A DNA stretch of 64,000 nt from a candidate division WWE3 bacterium (GCA_014729135.1 WJKK01000001.1:593-64592), one strand, 5' to 3'; shown: positions 1 through 9,920, counted from the first letter of the stretch. Notes: generated from the sequence alone by a model not told the origin. Program-made: numbers and translations.

Positions 1-3000
1 AATGGGAATGATGGAACTATTAGTGGTGCTACGTGGCAGGATGAGAGTATGTGTATTAGTGGAGAGTGTCTTTATTTTGACGGCACAGATGACAAAGTTG
101 ACAGCTTCAGCACTTCTCAAAACGCGCAGACCATATCGTTTTGGATACGCCCAATTAGCACAACAGATTCTTTCATAGATCTTACCGGAAGTATTTACGT
201 AAATGCTTCATCCGGAACTGTGACAGGAACAGGATTCACATCACCTACAGTCTACGTAAATGGAGAAACTTCCTCTACAATTACTGCTAACACGTGGCAA
301 TTTGTTACTATCACAACAGAAACTGCTTTTGACGCCAACGCAATTGTAATAGGGCTTGCAAACTCCGATTACTTCAAAGGCTACCTCGACGAAATCAAAA
401 TCTACCCCTACGCCCGCTCCGCCTCCCAAATCCTAAACGACTACGCCAAAGGATCCGCCAGTGCAGGATCAAACGCAGTTTTAGGCGCCAACTCCTTTGG
501 AGGCACCAACACCGCCTCCCTATCCGACGGGTTAGTTGGGTATTGGAAAATGGATGACGATTCATGGGCTGACTCTAGTGGCAACGGCAATGACGGCACG
601 GGATACAATGGAGTTACAACAGCTGCGGGGAAGTTTGGAGATGGAGGGAGTTTTGATGGGGTTGATGATTATGTGGAGATAGGAGATACAGACGTATTAA
701 GTTTTGGTAACGGAAGCATTGACACCGCATTTTCAATAAGTACATGGATAAAAATGGATAATGCAGCACAATTTAGGCTTCCTAGTAAATACGGAACATC
801 TAGCGGACAGGAGTATGGTCTATTTACAAATGCCTCCGGTAAGTTGGGTTTCTATCTATACGATTCATCTAGCTACATAGGTATACTTACAACAGAGGCA
901 CTTACTTCTTATGAGGGGAGCTGGACACATGTATCCGCAAAATATGATGGAACTCAAACCTCCTCCGCAATGTCACTCTACATAAATGGCAAACAAGCAA
1001 CCACGGAAGAGTCTAACAGCGGGACCTATATTGCAATGAGCAATACAAGCTCCCCATTTCTAATGGGGAAATACTATACAAGTTATGGAAACGGGTCCAT
1101 CGACGAGGTGCGTATCTACAACCGTGCCCTTTCCCCCGCCGAAGTCCGAGCCCTTTACGAATACGCCCCCGGCCCCGTAGCCCATTGGAAATTTGATGAT
1201 GGTACAGGAACTGAAGCGGCAGACTCCAGTGGAAATGGGAACACAGGAACTTTAACTAACGGACCTACTTGGACAGCAGGTAAATACGGCAAGGCGCTGA
1301 GTTTTGATGGGACGGATGATTACGTGACCAAAGGGTACACAGAAAATTTAAAGTTAGGTAACAACGGAACCATCGAAGCATGGGTCAACCCCATAAATAC
1401 TAGCAATAACACACACAGTATAGTAAGTTACGGAAACGTATCCGGTTACACCACGGGATATTTACTAAATCAATATGGCACTTCTTTAAGCCTATACTGG
1501 AAAACAGGATCTCCTATTGCTACTGTTAGCAATTTCTTCTCAAAGAACACCTGGACCCATCTAGCAGTTAAAAACTCGGCAGGGAATTTGGAAATATTCA
1601 AAGATGGTATTCTCGTAGCTACAGCTGACTCGGGAGGGGAAATAACTGACGACCATGCAACTTATATCGGGGGGGCTGTATCCAACTACTTTAGTGAGGC
1701 ACTCATCGACGACGTGCGCATATACAACTACGCCCGCTCCCAAAAACAGATCATCGAAGACATGAACGCAGGTCACCCCGCCGGAGGCTCCCCCGTTGGC
1801 AGCCAAGTAGGCTATTGGAAGTTTGACGAAGGTTATGGAGACACCGCCAACGACTCCTCTATTCATGGAAACAACGGTGATTTAGGAGGAAGTGGAGAGG
1901 ACTGCTCTGATGGAGGTACGGGTTGCCCTTCCTGGAGTAATGAAGGAAGGTTTGGCAAAGCGTTGGACTTTAATTCCTCCGAAACCGACAACGTGTCTAT
2001 CGGAGATCTCGGCACTAATATAGGATCGGTGTGTTTTTGGACTAACTTAGATTCAACCACTGAAAAAATTATTGATTTGGATGGAGGCACTCATTACATA
2101 CAAGCCTCCTCAGGAACAGTTACCGGAGAAGGATTTTCATCACCTACTGTTTACTTAAACGGTAAAGAAGGCTCTACTATAGATACTAATTGGAATCACA
2201 TTTGCATCACAACAGCTACATCCTTTGACGCCAATGCAGTTACTGTAGGAAAAGTAGGAAGCGATTATCTGGACGGTATGGTGGACGAACTTAAAATTTA
2301 TAGTTACGAATTAAGCGAGGATGAAGTACGCGTAGAATACAACCGCGGAAAAGCCCTCGTTCTAGGCGCCCAAGGCACAGACCCCTCCGATGGATCCACC
2401 TCCTCTAACTCCGATCTTTCTAAATACTGCGTGCCCGGTGACACCTCCACCTGTAGAGCACCTGTAGGCGAATGGCTTTTTGATGAAGGTACGGGTACTA
2501 CGGCTTATGATAGTAGTGGAAATGGAAATGATGGAACTTTGACTAATGGCCCTGTTTGGAGTGCGGGGAAGGTTGGGAAGGGGTTGAGTTTTGATGGAAG
2601 TGATGATTATGTGGAGAGTGATTCCCCGGGGATTATAGGTACGGGAGAGTTAACCGTAAGCACCTGGTTTTCAACTACGAATACCACCGCAAGTCACGCA
2701 AATACACTGATTAGCTGGGGAGCAGCCCAAGACGGGGAAGGCTTGGAAATAAACGTAGAGAATGGAACGATATGGGTACGTAACTGGTTAAATACGGCCT
2801 ACGCTGGGGAAAACTATAATGATGGAAAATGGCACCACGTTTCGGTGAAAAAAGAAGCAGATACAACAATCGCGGGATGGGAAATATTCGTAGATGGAGA
2901 GAAACTAGAAACAACTACAAGTGGATCGGATACTATCAGTCTGGGAAACACTTACACTGTTGCTATCGGGGATACCTATCATACTCAAAGGTACTACGAC

Positions 3001-3732
3001 GGGCTCATCGACCAAGTCCGCATATACGACTACGCCCGCTCCCCCGCTCAAATCGCCTGGGAATACAACCAAGGCGCTCCCGTAGCCTGGTACAAATTTG
3101 ATGAAGGTGAAGGCACTACTGCTTATGATGCAAGTGGTAACGGAAATAACGGAACTTTAACTAACATGGACCCTGCAACGGATTATGTGGATGGGAAGAT
3201 TAATACTGCGCTTGATTTTGATGGGAGTGATGATTATGTGGAGATTACTAACAATGATGAATTAAACTCAAAATATATAACGTTGTCTGCCTGGGTTAAG
3301 GCAGACGCTATAGGCACACATCCAAGAATAATTGCAAAAGATTCAGTAACAGAAGATGCCGGACAATCCTATCAGTTAATATTACATTCCGCAGGACAAA
3401 TTTTCTTCCGGGGATATGCAGGAAATGCATGGCGGGGAGGAGATTTTGAAACAACCTTTTCCCAAAACGGATGGGAACATGTTGTAGCAACATATGACGG
3501 TGAGGTTTTTAGGGTTTATGTAAATGGAGAACAATCCCCTACCACATACAACTATGTAGGTGCTCTCGATACAGAGGATACGGACAACCTATGCATAGGG
3601 AGCAAGTGTGATAATCCCACAGGATATCCCTTCACGGGACAAATCGACGACGTTCGTATATACAACTATGCACTAACCGACTACCAAGTCAAACAACTCT
3701 ACAACCAAGGCGTCGCCGTACACTTTGACTAA
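1..3732 (+). CDS. Giant surface protein, 3' part only (5' end lies upstream of the window). Repeated LamG/concanavalin-A-like lectin modules
   Basis: Open reading frame runs from base 1 in frame with the 49..3732 ORF. Repeated modules 'GxWKFDEGxGTxAxDSSGNGNxGTLTNGPxW...GKxGxALxFDGxDDYV' and '(D/E)xxRIYN(Y/R)A(L/R)S' are typical of Laminin_G_3/concanavalin-like repeats in large secreted proteins. A stem-loop with a T-run follows at 3769-3797. Confidence 0.8.
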   Translation, partial: NGNDGTISGATWQDESMCISGECLYFDGTDDKVDSFSTSQNAQTISFWIRPISTTDSFIDLTGSIYVNASSGTVTGTGFTSPTVYVNGETSSTITANTWQFVTITTETAFDANAIVIGLANSDYFKGYLDEIKIYPYARSASQILNDYAKGSASAGSNAVLGANSFGGTNTASLSDGLVGYWKMDDDSWADSSGNGNDGTGYNGVTTAAGKFGDGGSFDGVDDYVEIGDTDVLSFGNGSIDTAFSISTWIKMDNAAQFRLPSKYGTSSGQEYGLFTNASGKLGFYLYDSSSYIGILTTEALTSYEGSWTHVSAKYDGTQTSSAMSLYINGKQATTEESNSGTYIAMSNTSSPFLMGKYYTSYGNGSIDEVRIYNRALSPAEVRALYEYAPGPVAHWKFDDGTGTEAADSSGNGNTGTLTNGPTWTAGKYGKALSFDGTDDYVTKGYTENLKLGNNGTIEAWVNPINTSNNTHSIVSYGNVSGYTTGYLLNQYGTSLSLYWKTGSPIATVSNFFSKNTWTHLAVKNSAGNLEIFKDGILVATADSGGEITDDHATYIGGAVSNYFSEALIDDVRIYNYARSQKQIIEDMNAGHPAGGSPVGSQVGYWKFDEGYGDTANDSSIHGNNGDLGGSGEDCSDGGTGCPSWSNEGRFGKALDFNSSETDNVSIGDLGTNIGSVCFWTNLDSTTEKIIDLDGGTHYIQASSGTVTGEGFSSPTVYLNGKEGSTIDTNWNHICITTATSFDANAVTVGKVGSDYLDGMVDELKIYSYELSEDEVRVEYNRGKALVLGAQGTDPSDGSTSSNSDLSKYCVPGDTSTCRAPVGEWLFDEGTGTTAYDSSGNGNDGTLTNGPVWSAGKVGKGLSFDGSDDYVESDSPGIIGTGELTVSTWFSTTNTTASHANTLISWGAAQDGEGLEINVENGTIWVRNWLNTAYAGENYNDGKWHHVSVKKEADTTIAGWEIFVDGEKLETTTSGSDTISLGNTYTVAIGDTYHTQRYYDGLIDQVRIYDYARSPAQIAWEYNQGAPVAWYKFDEGEGTTAYDASGNGNNGTLTNMDPATDYVDGKINTALDFDGSDDYVEITNNDELNSKYITLSAWVKADAIGTHPRIIAKDSVTEDAGQSYQLILHSAGQIFFRGYAGNAWRGGDFETTFSQNGWEHVVATYDGEVFRVYVNGEQSPTTYNYVGALDTEDTDNLCIGSKCDNPTGYPFTGQIDDVRIYNYALTDYQVKQLYNQGVAVHFD

Positions 3733-3768
3733 CACTCCGTAAGGCATTAACTCCTCCTTAAAACAAAA

Positions 3769-3797
3769 AAGCCTCCGCAAAAGCGAAGGCTTCTTTA
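3769..3797 (+). terminator. Rho-independent terminator-like hairpin after the LamG-repeat gene
   Basis: AAGCCTCCGC-aaaa-GCGAAGGCTT stem (one mismatch) followed by TCTTT. Confidence 0.6.
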
Positions 3798-3828
3798 TCT
3801 CTGCTAGTACTCCAGGCAGAGCACCATC

Positions 3829-4009
3829 AGCGGAAGTTGATAGACAAATTGTACAACGCATATGCAACTATGTCAAGCACTTTCTAGGCACTTTCTGTGG
3901 TGGACGTAATGAGTTTCGAACTGCAAAGAAATGTATTACATTTCTTTGATGATCAAATGTTTCCGTAGGAAACATTTGCGCTCACCTAGCAGAGTCTCAA
4001 CTTCCGCTT
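3829..4009. other. Structured intergenic element: 12-bp long-range inverted repeat enclosing two adjacent perfect 11-bp hairpins
   Basis: AGCGGAAGTTGA (3829-3840) pairs with TCAACTTCCGCT (3998-4009). Inside are AAAGAAATGTA-tt-TACATTTCTTT (3927-3950), CAAATGTTTCC-gta-GGAAACATTTG (3954-3978), and the GCATATGC palindrome. Confidence 0.4.
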
Positions 4010-4197
4010 GCTCACCAAGAGCTACGCCCACACACATAACATTTATAGCAAGATTCGTTAGCACTTTAAATGGGGAATATTCTATTTAAAGTAGAGGATA
4101 TGCAGCGACACAGGATAAAGTCCTTTAAACAAGCCTTAGAAACACATCCAAAAGTTCTACCCATAATAGAAGGAGCTATTTGACATATCTTAAAAAG

Positions 4198-4395
4198 CCT
4201 AAGGATAATCCCTCCCCAAAACCGTTCGACACACTTTCAAGAAAGTAAGAAACGGGTGTCAAATCAAGGATAATCCTTCTCTCAAACCACGTATCACCCT
4301 CCAAAGAAAGGAAGAAACAACTCTTGAACCAAGGATAATCCTTGCACAAGAAACCAATCAAAAACTTCACGACACAAATCCCCTCCCCCAACCAC
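4198..4395. repeat. Degenerate 65-bp tandem repeat x3, each unit headed by the palindromic 9-mer GGATAATCC
   Basis: AAGGATAATCC at 4201, 4266 and 4331 (exact 65-bp phase). Unit bodies share '..caaagaaag(g/t)aagaaac..'. A related ACAGGATAAAGTCC lies at 4109. Confidence 0.7.
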
Positions 4396-4465
4396 GCCTC
4401 TCCCAGCAAATGACATACATTTACATATTGCAACAACACAAATTATAGATTAAAATATAATTACA

Positions 4466-4750
4466 ATGCACAAACAAAATTACGAAAGACACAAAAGACT
4501 GTTAAAAAAGTTTCACGACGACTACAAAATCCTGAATGAACTTTACGAAGAAGCAAAACCCGACCAAAGGGAACACTGGTACCAAAAAATGTGGGATGCT
4601 TTTTTTGTTTACTCAGAGGAGCTTTCCAAAGATGCAACTCTTTATGCAAAAGCTCAAACTGAGGAAACTTTAAAGGATCTAAAAGAACGAGTATTTCAAC
4701 TAGAAGTTGCTGTACACACCTCCCCAAAGACCGAAACACATCTCGTTTAA
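4466..4750 (+). CDS. Hypothetical small helical protein (94 aa)
   Basis: ORF only. No recognisable motif and no clear Shine-Dalgarno. Confidence 0.3.
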   Translation: MHKQNYERHKRLLKKFHDDYKILNELYEEAKPDQREHWYQKMWDAFFVYSEELSKDATLYAKAQTEETLKDLKERVFQLEVAVHTSPKTETHLV

Positions 4751-4972
4751 ACACTTAGGCACAAAGGCGTGTAAGACAAGGATCAAAACTATGTCTTGTA
4801 AAAATATAAGTCACCTTCTAAACGTCTTGTAAGAAACGCTTGACGAAGAGAGAAGCTTACAGTAAACTCCTTTTGTAGCCGTAGACAGCAAGGGCCTGAC
4901 ACAAATTGGGCTTAATCATCTTGCCGAGGTACCACAAGGTACGCAAGTATCAAGTTAAACTTTTCTAATTCT

Positions 4973-4997
4973 ACGGCACCGAGAGGTGCTTTTTTTG
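4973..4997 (+). terminator. Hairpin plus T-run in the rplJ leader region (possible attenuator)
   Basis: GGCACC-gagag-GGTGC followed by TTTTTTT, about 95 nt upstream of the rplJ start. Confidence 0.45.
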
Positions 4998-5089
4998 TAC
5001 CGGAACTATGACCTCCTAGGATAGGACATCATAGGATCGATAACGACACTTCTCCACGGAAAAAAGGAATAAAGAATATAAGGAAATTT

Positions 5090-5623
5090 ATGCCAAAACA
5101 AAAAAACATAGAAAAAGTTAAAAATCTCACAGAAAAGTTGGGCAAAGCAAAATCCGTGATTTTTGCCGAATACACAGGCTTGGATGCAAACAACATGAAC
5201 ATGTTGCGAAAAGAGCTTCGTGCTGAAGGCGCTGAAATCAACATTGCCAGAAACACTTTAATGAGGCTGGCCTTGGCGGATGCTGAAACAAGCAAGGAAG
5301 TAGCTGCAGACATGACAGAAGAGTTGTCAGGACAAATGATGACACTTCTTTCATATGAGGATGCGGTGACCCCGCTAAAAAAGCTGGTGGAGTTTGCAAA
5401 GGAGCACGAAACGCCTAAGGTAAAGCTTGGCCTCTTTGAAGGTCGTGTTTTGTCTGTTGCGGAGGTAGAGGAACTAAGTAACCTTCCTTCCCGCGAAGAG
5501 CTATTGGCGCGTGTTGTTGGAGGCTTAAAGTCTCCGTTGTCAGGTTTTGCAAATGTGCTGGGGGGTACGCAGAGAAATTTTGTGTATGCTCTTTCAGCTA
5601 TTGCTGACCAAAAGAGTGAGTAA
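5090..5623 (+). CDS. rplJ: 50S ribosomal protein L10
   Basis: 'SVIFAEYTGLDANNMNMLRKELRAEGAEINIARNTLMRLA' is characteristic L10 sequence. AAGGA lies upstream of the ATG. rplL follows. Confidence 0.9.
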   Translation: MPKQKNIEKVKNLTEKLGKAKSVIFAEYTGLDANNMNMLRKELRAEGAEINIARNTLMRLALADAETSKEVAADMTEELSGQMMTLLSYEDAVTPLKKLVEFAKEHETPKVKLGLFEGRVLSVAEVEELSNLPSREELLARVVGGLKSPLSGFANVLGGTQRNFVYALSAIADQKSE

Positions 5624-5667
5624 GCGTAAATAAACATAACTATTAAATAAAAAGGAGGTGCATTTTA

Positions 5668-6129
5668 ATGACAGATAAGGACACAAAGGAAGAAAAAGTA
5701 GAGGAAACAACTGAAGAGACGGCGGAGAAAACCTCCGTTAAGCTTAGCAAGGACGCCCAAAAAGTCATGGACATCGTTGAGAAGATGACCGTTTTGGAGC
5801 TTAACGACTTGGTCAAAGCTTTGGAAGAGAAGTTTGGCGTTTCCGCTGCTGCTCCTATGATGATGGCTGGAGCCGTTGCAGGTGCAGGAGGTGCTGAAGA
5901 GGACGCCGAAGAGAAAACCGAGTTTGACGTAGTGCTAAAAGAGATCGGCGACAACAAGATTGCCGTAATTAAGGCTGTGCGCACTTTGGATCAGTCTTTG
6001 GGCCTAGTTGAGGCTAAAAAGTTGGTTGAATCTGCTCCTAAGGCTGTTTTGGAGGCTGCTCCTAAGGAGGATGCTGACAAAGCAAAGAAGGCTTTGGAGG
6101 AGGCCGGCGCTAAGGTTGAGTTGAAGTAA
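5668..6129 (+). CDS. rplL: 50S ribosomal protein L7/L12, with a roughly 30-aa acidic/lysine-rich N-terminal extension
   Basis: '[24 protein letters not shown]...[31 protein letters not shown]' matches L7/L12. Strong SD AAGGAGGTG lies 7 nt before the ATG at 5668, so the extension is probably translated. Confidence 0.9.
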   Translation: MTDKDTKEEKVEETTEETAEKTSVKLSKDAQKVMDIVEKMTVLELNDLVKALEEKFGVSAAAPMMMAGAVAGAGGAEEDAEEKTEFDVVLKEIGDNKIAVIKAVRTLDQSLGLVEAKKLVESAPKAVLEAAPKEDADKAKKALEEAGAKVELK

Positions 6130-6256
6130 GTTCTACAAGTTTATTCGGGATTTTCGGAACAAAGGAATAAAGGGATGTCTAAAAAGATGTCCCCAAGTGT
6201 CGTTGAATATCCTCGGGAAGTCCCCAGGAAGTATGATACTCCCCAGTAATCAAGCT

Positions 6257-6280
6257 AAACCCCACTCTTGTGGGGTTTTC
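6257..6280 (+). terminator. Rho-independent terminator after rplL
   Basis: CCCCAC-tctt-GTGGGG followed by TTTT. Confidence 0.75.
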
Positions 6281-6305
6281 TTGTTCCCAAATTAGGGGGA
6301 AATTA

Positions 6306-7901
6306 CTAATTCATCATTTGGCGGAGTTTGACAGCACGTGAATAAAGATCTTTGTAGGCCTGAGCACTTTTATCCCAGCTAAAATCCTTTCTCATAGCAT
6401 TTTGACGCATGGTTTCCAGCCTGCTTCCACTCACATCATCAGTGCGCCAAAAAACACGCAAAGCACTCTCCACTGCTCTCGCCAAAGCCTCCGCCGAATA
6501 ATCCCTAAACACAAAACCCGTCACACCGTTTTCTACAGTATCTTTTAAACCGCCTGTTGCCCTCACAATAGGCAAAGACCCATACCACATAGCAATCATC
6601 TGAATTAATCCGCAGGGTTCGTATCTTGAAGGTACAAGCAAAAAATCACTTCCGGCGTAAATTTCCTTGGCTAATTCCTCATCAAAGGCCGTCACCACAT
6701 GGAGATTCTCGTACTCCTCCCCTAAAGCGCGAAACTTACCTTCCCAAATAGGATCTCCTTTACCTAAAATTACAAAATGAGGCATGGAATGGGCCATCTT
6801 AGAGGAATTTGTTTTCTTAGTTGTTTCTGTGTTGGCACCAGCCCCCGCATCAGACGCAATAGTAGAAACAACAGCTCCCGATAAATAGTCATCCAAAAAC
6901 TTATGCAAAATATCTAAGCCCTTTTGACCGGGATCCAAGCGGCCAATGTAACCAAAAACGGGAGTTTCCGAAAGAGCAGATGATTTTGATTCTTTGGAAG
7001 CTTCTTTTAAATTTCCGGAATTAGCCAAAACTTGCGGGTTCTCAGCGCTATCCGCAACATTAAAACCCAATTTTTTAGCCAACTTTTTCTTTGCAACCAA
7101 CTTGCCCTCAGTTACATCGTGCACGTCGTAATTTCTGGGAAACATGGATAAATCTAAACCGTTTAAAATACCTGACAAACGTCCGCTACGGTTACGCAAA
7201 ATGTCCGCAAAACCACCACCAAACTCCTTTGAAACAATCTCTTGAGCATAAGTAGGAGAAACAGTATTTATGTAATCCGCTGATGTTATCCCCTGGAGCA
7301 TCATGTTAATGTCGCCGTCCTCCAAATCCCAATCAATCAAGGGGTGCTGACCCGGAACAAAACCCGCTGCTTCAACCAAATGACGATCCCCGACTCCCTG
7401 ATACAAAATGTTGTGAATTGTTAACAATGTAGCAGGGCGGTTAGTAGGAATTTCATCTTTTAGCATATGAGTAATTAAACCGGTGTGCCAATCGTTGCAA
7501 TGCACTAAATCGTAAGTGTTAAATTGGGATTTTATGAACTCCACAACGGCTCTGTTAAAGAAGGCAAACATTTCCGTTTCGGTTTTGGTGTTTAGGAAGG
7601 CGGATTTACCACCCAAAGTGAAAAAGTCTGAATTCCTAAGAAGGAATGTGTCAACATCAGAATTAGGCAACTGCGTTTTGTGAACCTCTACCAGGTGATT
7701 TTCGCCATCAAAAGGAACATTTAACTCCAGAGCTTTGTAAATTTTTAAATCTTGAATTTTAGCAAGAGGATAAAAAGGAATTATGACATCAATATTCACT
7801 CCTTGTCGCTGGAGTGCTTTGGGCAGAGAGCCAATGACATCGCCCAATCCACCAAGTTTTACAATAGGTGCTGCTTCTGAGGCAGCCAGAAGTACTTTCA
7901 T
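6306..7901 (-). CDS. glgA: Glycogen/starch synthase (GT5), copy 1
   Basis: 'MKVLLAASEAAPIVKLGGLGDVIGSLPKAL' carries the GlgA KxGGLxDV ADP-glucose motif. Start chosen at the ATG at 7901. The ORF track extends to a GTG at 7964. Confidence 0.85.
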   Translation of the reverse strand: MKVLLAASEAAPIVKLGGLGDVIGSLPKALQRQGVNIDVIIPFYPLAKIQDLKIYKALELNVPFDGENHLVEVHKTQLPNSDVDTFLLRNSDFFTLGGKSAFLNTKTETEMFAFFNRAVVEFIKSQFNTYDLVHCNDWHTGLITHMLKDEIPTNRPATLLTIHNILYQGVGDRHLVEAAGFVPGQHPLIDWDLEDGDINMMLQGITSADYINTVSPTYAQEIVSKEFGGGFADILRNRSGRLSGILNGLDLSMFPRNYDVHDVTEGKLVAKKKLAKKLGFNVADSAENPQVLANSGNLKEASKESKSSALSETPVFGYIGRLDPGQKGLDILHKFLDDYLSGAVVSTIASDAGAGANTETTKKTNSSKMAHSMPHFVILGKGDPIWEGKFRALGEEYENLHVVTAFDEELAKEIYAGSDFLLVPSRYEPCGLIQMIAMWYGSLPIVRATGGLKDTVENGVTGFVFRDYSAEALARAVESALRVFWRTDDVSGSRLETMRQNAMRKDFSWDKSAQAYKDLYSRAVKLRQMMN

Positions 7902-8032
7902 AGTTCTTTTTAAGAATATCAAAAATTTAGGGGATTTAATAGCGTAAAAAAGGAAGGTGTCCACCGAAAAAAGGCTTCGCTCACAGCTATTTAAAAACAG
8001 CAGATGTTCGCTTTTCTTGTGGACACCTTCCT

Positions 8033-9655
8033 TTAGCTTCTTCTCTTCTTCCAGTCCTCAAATCCCTCTTTATCCAACTCCCCTACCTCCCCCGAAAAAG
8101 CCCTAAACTGCTCCTTGGAAAAACCCGAAAGCTCACTCCAATCATGCTCCAAAAAAGGCTTCAACTCAGGAATACTACGCGCACTCCACAACTCATCCAC
8201 CACATGCAAAACGTCATAAATATCCGTACCCTGTCGTAACTTTGTCAGAGCATCACGCCATTTGATAGCCAACTCAAAATCCCTATCATCAGCAGCTTTT
8301 TGCATCTGATCCTCAAATTCCAGGGCAATTTGGTTATACCATTCTGCGGGAGCACGCTCCTTAAAAGGTTTTTTCATAAAAGTGGAAGAATTATCCAAGT
8401 GTTTTTGCCTAATGTAACCGCTTCTTTGCCATTCAAAAGCCTGATCTAAAATTTTACGGTAGTAATTTTCAGCCTTTGTCATCTCGGAAGGAAGTTGTTC
8501 CTTATCAGTAAAAACCTCTCCGGAAGAATCCGCAAAACCACATAAAACAGCGGCAACCATCTTTAGTTGAAAAGCACCCTGTTCTATCATTTCTAGACTC
8601 CACCAAGGATTTGTGCTTGCCCACCAAAACTGATCCGATGCCAGAGCTTTGTCCATTAATTGGCGTGCTTTGTCCCAAGTAGCGGAGTCCAAGGTCTCTT
8701 CTTTTTCTTTTAGTAAACCCAAAACATAATTTACAAAATCCCACTGCAATTTGTGAATGGGATTAGTGGGATCGCGCCAAAGTATGAAGGATCTACCCGA
8801 AGTCTTCTTAGTGTGTTCTTTATCAAGCCAGAAGTCTTGTTCAGAGTTGGTCCACGTACTAGGCCGAATTTCAACCTCTTCTACCGACAAATTAGTGCCT
8901 AAAAGGTCTTTAGCAAGCACACTTTCTATTTGCGAATCATCCAGGAGGTCAAAAAGAAGTTTTTCATGACCTATACGATGATGTCCAAAAGTTTCAGCGT
9001 CCATTACTGTAAACCAATGACCATTTTCCCCGACACCACTCCCCCACAAATCTGTAGTTTCTTCTAGAAATTTCCCTGCCCGTCTAGTAGATGCGGATAA
9101 AATAAGAGAACTGACACGTTTATTCCTAAAAAAGATATCAATGTCACCATTAGAATCGACAAACAAACTCTTACCCATTAAATCCTTTTTCTCCGGAGGC
9201 AAGGCAACTTCGGAAGCACCAATCCACTTGTAACCCAACTCAGAAACTACATCTAAAACACGAGAGTTAATCCCCATTTCAGGAGAGAAAAACCCAACGG
9301 GAGAATACCAGTTCCCTAACACCTCTTTGTTTGCTGCATCATTCAACATTATTTGGCGCTTAATTTCCTCCTTTGGAATTAAGGGCAAAAAGGCATGATA
9401 CATAGCAGATCCCGTAAATTCAGCCCACCCTTCCTTCCCAAGAGTACGAAACCCTTCCAAAAGCTCATCATAACCCTCATCCGCCAACAAACGAACCAAC
9501 GCACCATTAATATTAATAACAGTTCTGGCCTTGGGGCGCTCCAACAATCCCTTAACAATAGGCAAATAACTTTCGTGAACAATTCTATTTAAGATGTCTT
9601 TCTGCTGATTATGCGGCTGATAAAAATGTAAAAAGTTCACCCATTTCATATACAC
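8033..9655 (-). CDS. GH57-family alpha-glucan-active enzyme (amylase / branching-enzyme-like), copy 1
   Basis: N-terminus 'FLHFYQPHNQ' and 'DAETFGHH' are GH57 signatures. Confidence 0.8.
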   Translation of the reverse strand: MYMKWVNFLHFYQPHNQQKDILNRIVHESYLPIVKGLLERPKARTVININGALVRLLADEGYDELLEGFRTLGKEGWAEFTGSAMYHAFLPLIPKEEIKRQIMLNDAANKEVLGNWYSPVGFFSPEMGINSRVLDVVSELGYKWIGASEVALPPEKKDLMGKSLFVDSNGDIDIFFRNKRVSSLILSASTRRAGKFLEETTDLWGSGVGENGHWFTVMDAETFGHHRIGHEKLLFDLLDDSQIESVLAKDLLGTNLSVEEVEIRPSTWTNSEQDFWLDKEHTKKTSGRSFILWRDPTNPIHKLQWDFVNYVLGLLKEKEETLDSATWDKARQLMDKALASDQFWWASTNPWWSLEMIEQGAFQLKMVAAVLCGFADSSGEVFTDKEQLPSEMTKAENYYRKILDQAFEWQRSGYIRQKHLDNSSTFMKKPFKERAPAEWYNQIALEFEDQMQKAADDRDFELAIKWRDALTKLRQGTDIYDVLHVVDELWSARSIPELKPFLEHDWSELSGFSKEQFRAFSGEVGELDKEGFEDWKKRRS

Positions 9656-9736
9656 AATGATATCGTATTAATAACCAAAAACCCAGTTAAAATCTGGATC
9701 GCCGGTTTGAGGGAACCTCCCCCTTTGACGAACTTT

Positions 9737-9885
9737 TGCAGCGTAAAAGTTTTACAAACTTTTACGACTCATCGATAATCCGTCAGCGACGGATTTCGAT
9801 GTAACTAACAAGTTGCAACGCAACTTGTTAAATATTATTTTTATCGAAAATACAATTGAAAATCTAAATAAAACGTGAGAAGAAG
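9737..9885 (-). promoter_or_regulatory. Roughly 150-bp three-hairpin element (copy A) about 70 nt upstream of GH57 copy 1
   Basis: Hairpins CGTAAAAGTT/AACTTTTACG (9742-9766), ATCGATAATCCGTC/GACGGATTTCGAT (9771-9800) and AACAAGTTGC/GCAACTTGTT (9807-9829). About 90% identical to copy B at 11723-11870. Confidence 0.6.
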
Positions 9886-9920
9886 GTGGGAGGCTCCTTG
9901 AAATGACAGGCCAGAATCAA

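Noticed and set aside
4198-4395. Possible CRISPR array or DnaA-box cluster
   Set aside because: Whole units, not only short repeats, are similar to each other, so there are no unique spacers, and no cas genes are present. GGATAATCC matches the DnaA box TTATCCACA only partially, so an origin call is not supported
4176-4439. 87-aa minus-strand ORF in the six-frame track
   Set aside because: It lies entirely within the 65-bp tandem repeat array. The repetitive translation and absent RBS make it almost certainly spurious
5029-5984. Minus-strand ORFs (202 aa and 113 aa) overlapping rplJ and rplL
   Set aside because: They are antisense to highly conserved ribosomal protein genes, with low-complexity translations
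7902-7964. 21-aa N-terminal extension of glgA copy 1 in the track ORF, and the TTG/GTG-initiated extensions of mreB, sortase copy 1 and GH57 copy 2
   Set aside because: Homolog N-termini (MKxLxxAxE for GlgA, KxIGIDLGTAN for MreB) align to internal ATG codons. The extensions begin at non-ATG codons without an SD, so the shorter models are preferred
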